Shown here in pieces: positions 12,895 to 24,872 of a stretch of 64,000 nt of DNA; the first letter of the stretch is position 1; each line of letters opens with the position of its first letter. Origin of the DNA: Eledone cirrhosa (Eukaryota); contig OZ024747.1 of NCBI GenBank assembly GCA_964016885.1, positions 89,466,001 through 89,530,000 of the forward strand, written 5' to 3'. Below the pieces are notes generated by a model. That model saw only the letters and a program-made list of their open reading frames with translations, searched no databases and was not told the origin of the DNA. The position numbers and the translations under genes are program-made.

Positions 12895-15800
12895 TTAAAG
12901 TTGATTTTAGAAGACACAATCCTTTTGAAATTATTGTACCCATTACATAATTTCCTTATAGTTGTAGAAGTATCAGTGTAACTCAAAGAAATACTGAAAG
13001 TAAATAGAAAAACAAATGATATGACAGTTTCTTGCTTATCTGAGATGTTATTTAGCAATGTTATTTAGTGTGTTAGCCTTCCTCAACTTGTCTTGCAGTA
13101 TAGACAAAACTTATTTCATAAAGTCATTAAGAAAATATATATTTATATGCTCATAGCAATATATAAAATTGTTGATCTCCATTAACCTTTAAGCATTTAC
13201 ATTACTCTATATATACTATTGTATTTTCATGGTAAACACTATATTTCACATAATTATCTCACATAATATTGTATCTATGAGATTTTGATATTATTTATTT
13301 TGAGAACAATACCTTAACATAAGTATGAACAGCTGGTTACGGTCAGTTTGAATAGAAAGAAGTGAAATAATTCTGGTTGGATATGGCCAGTTTAAATGCC
13401 TTAGTTACAGATTAAATAAAATAATGTGTTCTCTGCTTAATATAAAATATACTGTTGTTGTTAAGTGTCAGATGAGCCCTGATTGAGAAGAACTATGATC
13501 AAAGACATTCTAGATATGATAATTTCATCATTTTTGTACATCCAGAAGTGCATTGCCTAATGTGTCCTTCCTTTTCTAAGACCGTAAGGTATGATTTAAG
13601 GGATATTTGGCTACTAATTCTAGCAAATCAAGTCACCACACAGAAGTTCTCTTGTTGGCTCATAAAATGCACTTTTTTTTATTGTTGAAGTCTATAGCTT
13701 TAGAAAACTCAGAGTATTTTAATAAAGAACTGATCAGAGGTTATCAAAATGAAGATTTGTTTTTGAGTTTGTTTACAATGGAAATAGAAACAAAGACATT
13801 TCACCAAGAATGTGAGATAACTTTGAACAAGGTAAATAACACTTAAAGAAAACAAAGTGTTCTGATTAAACTTTTGTTTTCTCTGAAAATAGAAAGTTAC
13901 GCTTAGTTTGACTTTTTAGAAATATAGTAGTTATTCAGTTTGTAATATGATTTATGGAGAAGTATTCTTAGTTGTGAGAAAATGTCACAAGAACAGAAAG
14001 ATTAATAGAAATAATAAGATTTGCTTGATTCTAGAATGTTAAATTATAACATTTTGTTTCTACAAGCAGCCATCAGTCTTAACTGCTTCTCTTCAAATGT
14101 GTACAGTTATAGGGCAAGGAGAAAAATAATACCTGATCTACAATTGGAGAAAAAGAACATGGAACTAGAGATGATAAAGATGAGAAGATGTATAAATAAG
14201 ATAACAAAATATATGTGCGTGTGTGTATATATATATATATATATATTTGCTTTCTGTGATGGTAAATGTTTGACCAAATACCTTGATTTCTACTGACAAA
14301 AAAAAAAAAAAAAAAGAAGTATGTAGTTCTAGATGTACATTAAATATTCACAGATGGAATGCTCTTAATTCTTGTATTACAGTTCAATCTATGCTCAACC
14401 TGAAGCCAAACAATAATCATTTCTACTATAGGCACAAGGCCAGCAATTTTAGCAAAGGGGAAAGTTGATTAAGTCGACCCCAGTGTATTACTGATGTTTT
14501 ATTTTATTGATCCCGTAAGGTTGAATTGCAAAGCTAATCTTGGTGGGATTTGAACTCAGAACATAAAGGGCCATATCGAATCCATGAGATTTTGATATTT
14601 ATTTTGAGAACAATACCTTAACATCAGTATGAGTGGCTGGTTATAGCTGGTTTGAAGAGAAAGAGGTGAGAGAATTCTAGCCAGATATGGCCAGTTTAAA
14701 TGCTAAAGGTTTAAAGTCTCCATCCATGATACTGATTTCACTGTAATCTGTTGTGCAGGTAGTTTGCAAGAGGGCTTCATAGAAATAGCTCTTTTATTCA
14801 ATGGTCTGTTCTAATTGTAGTTCATTTATAGAAATCACTATTGCTGTTATTTTGCTTATAAATAGTCTAAGCTTAACTATTCTATATATATAAAAATGTG
14901 AAAACTCATTGCTAGAACAGCTGTTAAAACAGCTAAATGCTCTCAAAGACAGCGATGGGCAAAAATGCCTCAGAGACCAGCGGCCAGTGGTCAACAGAGA
15001 GACAATCCACAGGGTGGAAATGGCTGTTCTAGCAATGAGATTTCTCATTTTTATATGTATTTAAATATACTATCACTTCATCTTGATCAGAGACAACATT
15101 GGTTTTTCATTTAACTTACTCTACCACCTTAGAAAATTGCCATCTTTATAAATATAAGTGGATGGGCAAAGATAAAACGACTTTAATCATAGGATTACTC
15201 AATTAGTTTGACTTTTGGTTGAATTGATACTATCATTATCTTTACACGGATGTACAAATCAAAAATTTTGGTCATTTCTACAAAATGATTAATCAAGACT
15301 TGTAGGATGTTAACTTGAGCAGCCATGGGATACATCTCTGCTGTCTCAAAAATAAATCTTTCACCAACTGTTCTGATTATGAGCAGCCTCAATAAAAAAA
15401 ATATAAATGCTCTTAATGGTTCTCCTGTGTGATCAGAGATTGAGATACTATATAAAAAGAAGTGAAACAGCTTGAGTCATTTGATGTAATCTCACTTAAG
15501 GTAAGTGAACAAAAATACATTAGCAAGTCAAAGTAGCTGATTATGAGATCTTCATAAGACTTGATATCACAGATGCTGAAGTAATGCTATTAGTATTTTT
15601 GCTATGAAGGATCAATATGTTCAAAATCGGCTCTGCTTTTATAAAACAAAACCATCCATTTTAAAGTGTTCCTATTTAAATTAAAATCTTCCAACATAAT
15701 TTTATATAAGAACCAGATGTTAAGTTACTGTCTTAGTAATGAACTAATTAATAATGAAATCGTTAATAAAACAGTTATAAAAGGATTAATTAAAGTGAAA

Positions 15801-16486
15801 CTCTCTCTACACTGGAACAAAACTGTATTTTTATGACTACCTTTGTGAATATAGATTAGATTTGAAATAAGCTGCGGTAAACTAAGTACGAAGAAATGCT
15901 TTATTTATTCTATTTTAAAAAAGTGAATCTATTCCTTGTTTCTATATTATATAAACTATATATCTGATTATCTAGAGGTAAACATCTATTTAAGTTTGTT
16001 TTAATCACAGTAAACTTTAGACCTAATAAAAATATTTAGTTTCACTTTGTGCATAATATAAAAAAATTGTTTAAAGCAAATATATATATTTTAGTCTATA
16101 AATATAAATGAATTAAACAACAAAAGATTATATAATATTCACTTCGTTATTTAATATATTAATTTTAGCTTACTTGCCATAAGGTAGGTTGTGACCACAT
16201 TTTAATATTTTTCATGATACTATTTTATTAAAAATTACGAAAAAAAATAATTCTAATATCTTAGTTTCTCAACTTAATACTGAATTTAGAAATGAAATGC
16301 AAAAACACATTACCAATCAAACTACTTGTATACAAATTCTTTAGAAGTTCATTTTTCTGGTGAAAATACCATTCCTATCAAAATTTCATATGAGCTTGAT
16401 TTCTCTCATGGTAATATTGTGACTGGATTGAAGTTATGTTTAGTTATGAAGCCAGTTTTTACAACACTGATAGGAAAGAGTCTTAA

Positions 16487-17016
16487 TCCTTTAGCATTTA
16501 CATGGCTTAGTGGTTAGAGCATTGGCCTTGCAATCGAAAGGTTGTGAGTTCAATTCTCAGACCGGGTGATGTGTTGTTTCCTTGAGCAAGACACTTTATT
16601 TCACATTGCTCCAGTTTACTCAGCTGTAGAAATGAGATGATAGGGACTGGGGTCCCTATCATTCCACTGCAAAGTGGTCGTGGAGGTGCCACGGCAAAAA
16701 AGCACCCAGCACTCACTGTAAATGAGGTTGGTGTTAGGAAGGGCATCCAGCTGTAGAAATCAAGCCAGAATCAGTTCCCGTCCCACCCTTGCAAGCAGGG
16801 AAAAGCGGACGTAAAATGATGATGATGATGATGATTACTCTATATATACTTTTGTATTTTCATGGTAAAGGCTTTACTTCACATAATATTGAATTTACGA
16901 GATTTTGATATTATTTATTTTGAGAACAATACCTTAACATAAGTATAAGCAGCTGGCTTGAACAGGAAGAGGTGAGTGAATTCTGGCCAGATATGGCCGG
17001 TTTAAATGCTAAACGG
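16487..17016. mobile_element. Family D MITE interrupted by a chimeric SINE (family B head + RTE tail, ~16501-16834)
   Basis: MITE sequence tttacat|tactctatatatac is split by tggcttagtggttagagc...gatgatgat; TTAA at both outer ends. Confidence 0.8.
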
Positions 17017-17084
17017 TTAAATCTGTATATTGCAACTTTACAAAAAGACAAGAATACATATTTATGACAAATTGCCAAATATTG

Positions 17085-17302
17085 GTTTCTGATTTAGGCA
17101 CAAGGCAAACAATTTTGGGGGAAGGGAAAGTCGATTAAATCGACCCCAGTGCATTACTGGTACTTTATTTTATTGACCCCATGATGAGGATGACAAGCAA
17201 AGTTAACCTCAGTAGGATTTGAACTCAGATCATAAAGGGGTGTAACCCTATGCCATAAAGCATGTTGTCCAATACTCTACCAATATTGCCAATCCACCAC
17301 CC
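17085..17302 (-). mobile_element. SINE family A (long variant)
   Basis: Reverse complement of family A; flanked by near-duplicate aaattrccaaatattg. Confidence 0.8.
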
Positions 17303-17580
17303 AAATTACCAAATATTGATGGCACAATAGTCTTAAATCTGTATATAATACAAGAGTAAATATATATTTGGTGCTGTATATTATATAATGATGTTGACAA
17401 ATTACCATATATTGATGACACAATAGTTACACTTCATTATATTGATATATTATTCAGTAATGTATCTGTCTGTGGACAGCTGAAAATAAACAGTGACATG
17501 TCAAAAATTATCAATAAGGAAAGGTATAAATGCTGTCCTCAGAGCTAAAGGTGGATATACCAAATATGTATATATGCCTA

Positions 17581-17857
17581 AGTCTAAAGTCTGTCTCAAG
17601 CCCGAAGCCTCATCAGGCCAGTGCTTATCCCTGTTTCCATGGTGTTAAGTGACTGAGAGTACAATACTCTCCCCTGGACAGGATGCAGGGTTAAACTCCA
17701 AGCTATTACTGGTACTCATTTTCTGTTGGGTATACTGGAGCAGCATGAAATGAAGTGTTTTGCTCAAGAACACAACACACAACAAGGTCCAGGAATTGAA
17801 CCCACAACTTTATGGTCATAAGTTCAACACCCTTACCACTAGGCCACGTGCTTCCAT
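17581..17857 (-). mobile_element. tRNA-derived SINE family B
   Basis: ggaattgaacccacaac (B box), ccactaggccacgtgc (A box); homologous to 31509-31783. Confidence 0.8.
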
Positions 17858-18453
17858 GTGTATATATGTAAAGACCTGCAATTCCTGATGGAGTCATATG
17901 GGTACCATCGTTTCATATGGCATGATTTAGGTATTTTAAATCTGGTAGAGACCATCATTCTCTATGCCTGAACACAGTCAATTTATTCCAGAAAGGGAGA
18001 TTGAATGAGAGAGAGCGAGGAAGTGAGAAAGAGATATAAAATAACATCTGCTCCAGCATTCAACTAGTACTTTTTTATTGACCTCAGAAAGATGAATTTT
18101 AAAGTTGATGTTGATGGGATTTTAACTTCGAGCATAGAGAGCAAAAAAAAATTCTGCAAAGCACTCTATTTGACATGCTATTGACTCAGCCAATTCACCA
18201 CCTTCATTATAATAAGCATTTTTTAAAACTTTGCCTTTCATCCTTATGGGGTCGATAAAATAAAGTACCAGTAATGCACTGAGATAATTGCTGGCCTTGT
18301 GCCAAAAGTAGAAACAATTATTTAAAATTATCAATGTTTTTATCTATACAAAATCTTTATATTAAAAAGTAATCAGATACCATGTGCATTATTATATATA
18401 TGCAAACTATTCAGTTATTTAATATACTTAGAAGTGTCCAGGATACTAATTCT

Positions 18454-18533
18454 TCACCCACTGATGAGCAAGAATTGGTATTCGTCTTCACAATTAATTT
18501 TGTGAAACAGCATTACCAAAGCTGTCTGGGTGA
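18454..18533 (+). ncRNA. Type-I hammerhead ribozyme, apparently intact
   Basis: Stem I tcaccca/tgggtga (7 bp), core CTGATGA, stem II gcaaga../..ttttgt, GAA, stem III ACAGC/GCTGT, GUC cleavage triplet ending at 18526. Confidence 0.85.
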
Positions 18534-19616
18534 TTGGTAGTTACAATTCCGGTTTGTATTTATTTTCTTGATTTATTCTTAAATTGAGTCTGGCAAACCC
18601 TATTGTCTGTAGTTAGTATTCTTTTCACCTTAGTGAATCTGGTCCCTTACGATTTGAACACATATATGTATATATCTGTGTTCGTTTTTCTTTTATATTC
18701 ACTTATAATATACGGCTCGGAAAAATCTCTTTCCTCGAACTATTTTATTGTAGGAGACTATTTTGAGTTTCTAACTCAATATATACCTTTGATATATTAA
18801 AAAGTATATTAATTTGATTAAGGGGTAAAAAGTAATTGTGCAATTTGATATTTATTTTTATTCTTTTCGCACTTTCTAAATAACATTATATGTATTCAAA
18901 CTTTTATAATAACAAACTTTAAATTCTCATCACTCTTTTGACATAAGATATATTTAATTATAAGACATATGATTATAAATAGCTTAGAAGGTACAGAATT
19001 CTCCTTAAATTCCCATGAATTTTATTTGGTTGACACATTTACAGTTATATTTCCTCTCATATTTAGAAATTTGCATTACTTAATAATTTAATTTTTTTTG
19101 TGGTGTATCTCATGACAGCCCAAATGTGTGAGAACCTTTTGCCAACGATAATAAATGCTCCTATTGACAAGCTTGGTAGATAGGATCTGAATGAGAAAAT
19201 ATGTATGTTTATTTACTATATAGCATGAAATGAAAAAGTGATACATCATTGTCATTTTATGCTCTCTCTTTCCATATTGTCATGGGTTTGATGGACCGTT
19301 ATGGTCTGAGTCAATTCTTATTTGGAACTACTCCCCTCCTAGATAGGTCTGCGCATTGCTTGTACACTCTCTTAGGTGGTCACATACCTCATTCATACAC
19401 CTTCCTAGTGGGGTACGTTAGTGCCACAATAAAATGCACCCACTATACTCTGTAAAGTTGTTAGTGTTAGAAAAGGCATCTACAGAAACTATGTTAAAAT
19501 GGAACAAACAGGTAAGGCTAAGATACATGAAGGGATTAATGTAATAGGAAAAAACAACTGACATTGCGTCAATAGAAAACATTACAACATCAGCAAATAG
19601 TGTTTTTATTGTCATA

Positions 19617-19867
19617 CTAGCAAAAGAGCCCGTCATTACTGGGCACACCTTTCGCCACTGTAGATAAAAAAAACCCTCTCTCCTCAACATGGCAGTCTTT
19701 AAATAGCCCCAGAGCTCTGCTATTTTAAGGAACAGCAAGATTTAAACTGTATGTTGACTTGCTCTGGGAGCTAAATAACCTATGCATCAAATTTGAACAA
19801 AATCGGATGGAAACTGGAAATGCATCGCCTGCATACAGGTAGACATTTTTGTTTTTATAAATAAAGA
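19617..19867 (-). mobile_element. Non-autonomous Helitron
   Basis: Minus strand begins A|TCTTTATTTATAAAA and ends with hairpin gccc-agtaatgac-gggc then CTAG|T. Confidence 0.7.
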
Positions 19868-21074
19868 TAGGATACTAGATAGGATTATTAAAAAAAATTT
19901 TAAGTCACAGAGTTTTGTAGGAGAGGCTTATCTTGATTATCTTCAATAAAATATAATTACTGTGTAGAAATAGATATTGGAAGGGGGGAAAACATATTAG
20001 CCTGAAAAAAAGTAGACTGTTTACAAAATAAATATTCTTTGTTGAATTTAGAAAAAAAAAAGGTTGGTTTCAATATTTTTTGTAAAATTGAAAGAAGTTC
20101 GGAATACAGTGAAAATATTCTTTTCTTTTCTCATGTAGAAATCTGAACTTTATATTGGAGTTCTCTAATAAAATATTAGTTGTTTATCTTGTTGATTTTA
20201 AAAAAATCCTGTCTTTTTTTTATAATTAATTAACAAACACACTATTTCAACCATAATGGACATGTCCAAATATAAATAAGCATATCTTTTCCTTGTGAAC
20301 AGTTTGATATATACTAAGATTAATTTCAGTAGTTGCCTCCTTAGTTACAACTAAATTAATGTATTTGAGAGAATAGTCAACATTTTAAATATGACGTGTT
20401 CATAGACGTTCAGACTGTTTTCAATAAAATCACTTACCTTCTTTTATCGCCTCAAATTACATTACCCATCCCTTGTCTTTTTTCCTTTTAATTATACGAT
20501 GTTTTTTAATCATTTGGTTCATTATTCTTTGATCTTTGAATTCCTTTTATAAAATTGTTTCTAGGACACACAGAGAGAAAATCCTTAATGCATTTTTTTT
20601 TATTTCATCTTGTTTTAAAAATTCTAGATTTCAGATATTTTATAATGAAATAAACATTACTTTGTGGCAATATTATAAATAAACACAATTAACGTCATAG
20701 CCATTTTCTGAAGTTTGTGACGTGTCCTCATTATACTGCTATTGTTTATTTATGGTAACTGCTAACTTGAAAGTAATAAATTACAATTAAAAAAATATTT
20801 ATAATCTCATAAAAAATATCTTAGCTGATTTAAATTTGCATTGATTTTCATTAGTTTGTTGATGAATTTTCATAAAGCATTTGATTAGTGAAGCTAAATA
20901 TTTTAGAGTTATCAAATAGTTTAGAAGTTTTATAAAATAAGTTTAAGCAATAAATTGCAATGAGAGTCATTAAATGAATATCTTAACTGACAGATATGTC
21001 CTAATGAAAGAGACCTAAAAACCAAGATCAACATAAACTTTTAAATTTACGACATCCCCTTTCTTGGAATAAGG

Positions 21075-21360
21075 GGGGGGGTCTTTACCCCCCTCCCTTA
21101 GTCATGAATGACCATGGGATTTGCACCTTGAAAGTTTCTCTCTGAGGCACAATTCTGGGCAAGGTTGTTTGCAGAAGACTAGCAGTCACCCATGCATACC
21201 AGTCACCCCTCTCCACACCATCCATATTGTCCAAAGGAAAGGCAAAGGCTGATACAGCTTGGCACCAGAGACATTTCTACAGGTCATTTCTACAGGTGAG
21301 TGAACTAGAGCAATGTGAAATAAAGAGTCTTGCGCAAAAACACAATGTGAAGCCCAGTCT
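21075..21360 (-). mobile_element. SINE family B body/tail; its head was disrupted by the adjacent palindrome
   Basis: gagcaatgtgaaataaagagtcttgcgcaaaaacacaa; tail homologous to 11505-11610. Confidence 0.7.
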
Positions 21361-22143
21361 AAAAAGGGAAACAAGTGAGGTTTTGCTACTATTTCTTGCA
21401 GGCAGAACTATATAGACTCCTCATAGGCTTCTACAATGTATGACTAAAAGGTTAAGTACTTAATTTTGATCTATGAAATGATAGTAAGTAATCCCCATGT
21501 TGAATGATGCAAATGCATTTCAGAGGACTCTAAAAATGCCTGCTACTTATTGTTTTCTATATTACATGCTTTTGAATGTCTTTGGAAGTAAAAAGCTTTT
21601 TACAGCCTATTGGTATGTAGTCCTATACATTATTCAGTCAATCTTTTATTTGTATATACTCCATTGTATATACTCCATTGTGAAGGCACATGGCTTAGTG
21701 ATTAGAGCTTTGGGTTTATAGTTGGGTTTATAGAAGCCCAGTCTGAGAATTGAACTTGTGAGTTCAATTCTCAGACTGGGCTTCTATAAACCCAACTATA
21801 AACCCAAAGCTCTAATCACTAAGCCATGTGCCTTCACAATGGAGTATATACAAATAAAAGATTGACTGAATAATGTATAGGACTACATACCAATAGACTG
21901 TAAAAAGCTTTTTACTTCCAAAGACATTCAAAAGCATGTAATATAGAAAACAATAAGTAGCAGGTATTTTTAGAGTCCTCTGAAATACATTTGCATCATT
22001 CAACATGGGGATTACTTACTATCATTTCATAGATCAAAATTAAGTACTTAACCTTTTAGTCATACATTGTAGAAGCCTATGAGGAGTCTATATAGTTCTG
22101 CCTGCAAGAAATAGTAGCAAAACCTCACTTGTTTCCCTTTTTA
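21360..22143. repeat. Near-perfect 784-bp palindrome (inverted duplication), 4-nt loop at 21757-21760
   Basis: Arms of 397 and 383 bp differ by 3 substitutions and a 14-nt tandem duplication; mirrored ORFs 21497+ and 21812-. Confidence 0.95.
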
Positions 22144-22149
22144 AAAATT

Positions 22150-24255
22150 CTATTGCTTATGCACCTTTCCAGAGATCCAGGTCATCCAGCAAACAAGAGT
22201 CAGCAGGGAAGACCTTTTCTATTTTAGGTTGTTAACATATCGTCCAAAATTTCATCTTCCTCAGAGAACTTGCTACATTTGAGCTCTTTAATTGCTCAGG
22301 TGATCTCAACCTCCAAGAGGTTAGTCATCATTCCTAGATGTACTTCATGTGCACCAGATGATGTTGTTATGACCATGTTTAGGAGATCAGTAAAGTATTC
22401 TCTCTACCTCACAGGAATGCACCTCACTGAAAAAAGAAGAACCCCAAATGCATTTCTGATAGCAGGCATGAAGGGAAACTTATTATCAAGCCAGCAGATT
22501 GTCTGCCAGAACACTTTATTTGCTGATCTGAAGTTGGATTCCAGCTTAACCCCAAAGCCCTCCCATGTCTTAACTTTGGATACCTTTACTGTCTCTGCGG
22601 TGACTTTAGGGCCTGCTTGTACCACAAGTTCAGGAAGGAAGACCTACCATACATACTCGAATATAAACCCAGGAATATGTGACCAAAAAAATCGATGGTA
22701 AAATAGTGGGGTCATCTTATATATGGGGTCAATTTTTCGACGATTTTCACCAACTTCAAATTCTATATAAGGTCCTAAAATATCTGGAGTGATTATTCAC
22801 AATTAAACAGTTTTTCTACATTTACTATATCATCATGAGTGTTATTTATGAATTGCCTTGAGAACATTTTTACCAAATTTCTATTATTTGAACGTTTTTA
22901 ATACATAAATATCCCCTACACATAAACACATACACACATAATCACACACACACACACGTGTGGCAACTGTTGTTCTCTGTGACTAAATAATTGTTTCTAC
23001 TTTAGGCACAAGGCCAGCAATTACCCAGTGCATTACTGGTACTTTAATAAGTTTTCTTTCAATCTTTTGTTTTATTTTGCTTGCTCTCTCTCTCTCACTC
23101 GTTCTCATTCTGCCTCTTCTCTCTCTCACTTGCTGTCTCTTCCTCCCCCTTCTACTCTGAATTCTAAAACAGAGTTCTCTTAGCTGATCTCTTTCAACTA
23201 TTCTCTATTCTTTTGGATCTTCCCCTACCGTTTTCAATGATCTTCACAACAGTTAAAGAAAATTTTAAATAATACCTTAAACTAAGGTTATATTTCCATT
23301 CCTTTAAATTATATTAATTTAGAATTTTCTCATTTCTTTTTATAAAGAAATATGCTTTCTAAAAATGTCAGAGGGGGGTTGTCTTATTTTCACTTGGGGG
23401 TGTTGTATGTGGTGGATTTGTGAAACAAAAACTATTTAAAACATTTAAAATAACTTAAACATTTTAAATAACAAAATGTTAAAACTTCATAAATATTTTC
23501 TCCACTCATGAGAATTTCAAAACCATGCCATAATATGTTGATTGGCTGCCTCAGCTTATAAATGGGGTTTGGATTTTTACCATTTCTCTGACATAGAATA
23601 TGGGCAGTGGGGTCGGCTTATATTTGAGTATATATGATATTTCAAAGTCAAGTTTTGCAAGCCTCCTCCTTGGCTTGGATGGCATCATTAACCTCCTGAT
23701 TGAACCAAGGGACCCTCCTTTGCACAAGCTGAACTGTCATCACTCCATTTCAATGTCCTTGGTTTGTTCAGGGAGTTCTCTGAATTTTGATGCAATAGTA
23801 TCTGCGTACCTGGTCCCTACCTCCTTATCAGCCAGCACACCAACTTTATATTGTAAGTCGAGCTGGACCTGCCAGTTTTGTGGATTTTCTTGTATTTAGG
23901 CAACCTCAAGCTGCAGGTAACTAGATGGTGATCAGTTGACAGCTCAGCCTCTCTCTTAACACAAAATCGAAGAGAGTAGAGACCATAACAAAATCAATTA
24001 CTGATCTCTGTCCTTGATTTCCCTTATATCATGTATATTTATGAATGTCTGTGCTGGAAGAAGTGTGTGCTTTAGTAATTCCTCTGAACATCGATTGCTG
24101 ACTCTTTCAGCCAATTTCTCCAGGTCAAGCATCATCTCTACACTCACACTATCCATGGTTTGCTGTTCTTGATGTCTTGCACAGAGTTGAATACATCCAT
24201 CCAGATCGAAGAATTGATTGACTAAAATTCCTTGAAGGTTACGGCTGAAACCAGT
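22150..24255 (-). mobile_element. Decayed RTE-clade (Expander-like) LINE, endonuclease to start of RT, interrupted by a DNA transposon
   Basis: Minus-strand motifs RSVIDFVMVS..AELSTDHHLV (APE), WFNQEVNDAI, WEGFGVKLESNFRSANKVFWQTI. Confidence 0.75.
22647..23637. mobile_element. Non-autonomous Tc1/mariner (Tc2/pogo-like) DNA transposon
   Basis: TIRs ccatacatactcgaatataaaccc / gggtcggcttatatttgagtatatatga with TA on both sides; RTE sequence resumes on each flank. Confidence 0.75.
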
Positions 24256-24312
24256 GAAAGAATACACACACAAACAAATATACATAAATATACACATACA
24301 TTCATGCATACA

Positions 24313-24360
<48 letters not shown>

Positions 24361-24586
24361 ATAGCATCAAGTGGTTTTGGCTTGTGTGTTCAGCCACTGA
24401 AAATACAAGCCACAACTGCTTGGTGCTATGTCGGGATTTTACACATTTCTATAGCCACTCTGCATCTCCCTGGTCTCAGCACTCAAGACTATAAATAAAC
24501 ATATATATATATATGTCTAACCCATGATAGCGTGAAAGATAGACGTTAATCGATGATGATGATGATATATATACATATATATAATA

Positions 24587-24853
24587 AAATAAAATTAAAA
24601 AAAGGACGAATGGTTACTCCTTCATTATGTTTATTGGTTGGTGACGCGAGTTTCGCTATTGATCAGCTCAAGGTTTGATCTGTATCGATCTAGCCCGGCT
24701 CTGTAATCAATGGTTTGTCAGACCTCTTTGGTGGTAATCATAATGAAGGAGTAACCATTTGTCCTTTTTTAAATTTTATTATACTACACTCTGTCTAGCT
24801 GTACACCTCGATACCGACGTGAACCTACAGTAACTCTGCGTTACACTCCCTGG
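24587..24853. mobile_element. Penelope-like pLTR remnant: inverted arms (24587-24629 / 24739-24781) plus ~70-nt tail, between TA tracts
   Basis: ggacgaatggttactccttcattatg vs cataatgaaggagtaaccatttgtcc; hammerhead between the arms. Confidence 0.7.
24640..24724 (-). ncRNA. Decayed minimal type-I hammerhead (G8->A)
   Basis: ggt CTGACAA accattgat...atcaatagc GAAAC tcgc GTC acc, followed by AATAAA. Confidence 0.65.
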
Positions 24854-24872
24854 ATATATATATATATATATA

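Noticed and set aside
16500-16570. tRNA-Ala/Cys-like gene (tggcttagtggttagagc..cttgcaa..gagttcaattc)
   Set aside because: It continues into a SINE core and tail and lacks a proper acceptor stem; it is a SINE head.
17585-17622. Minus-strand CTGATGA followed by a small hairpin
   Set aside because: Followed by GAGAC rather than GAAAC, with no stem I/III closure; it is part of a SINE tail and not conserved in the 31.5-kb copy.
21497-22006. Pair of near-identical 64-74 aa ORFs on opposite strands
   Set aside because: A by-product of the palindrome; no protein features.
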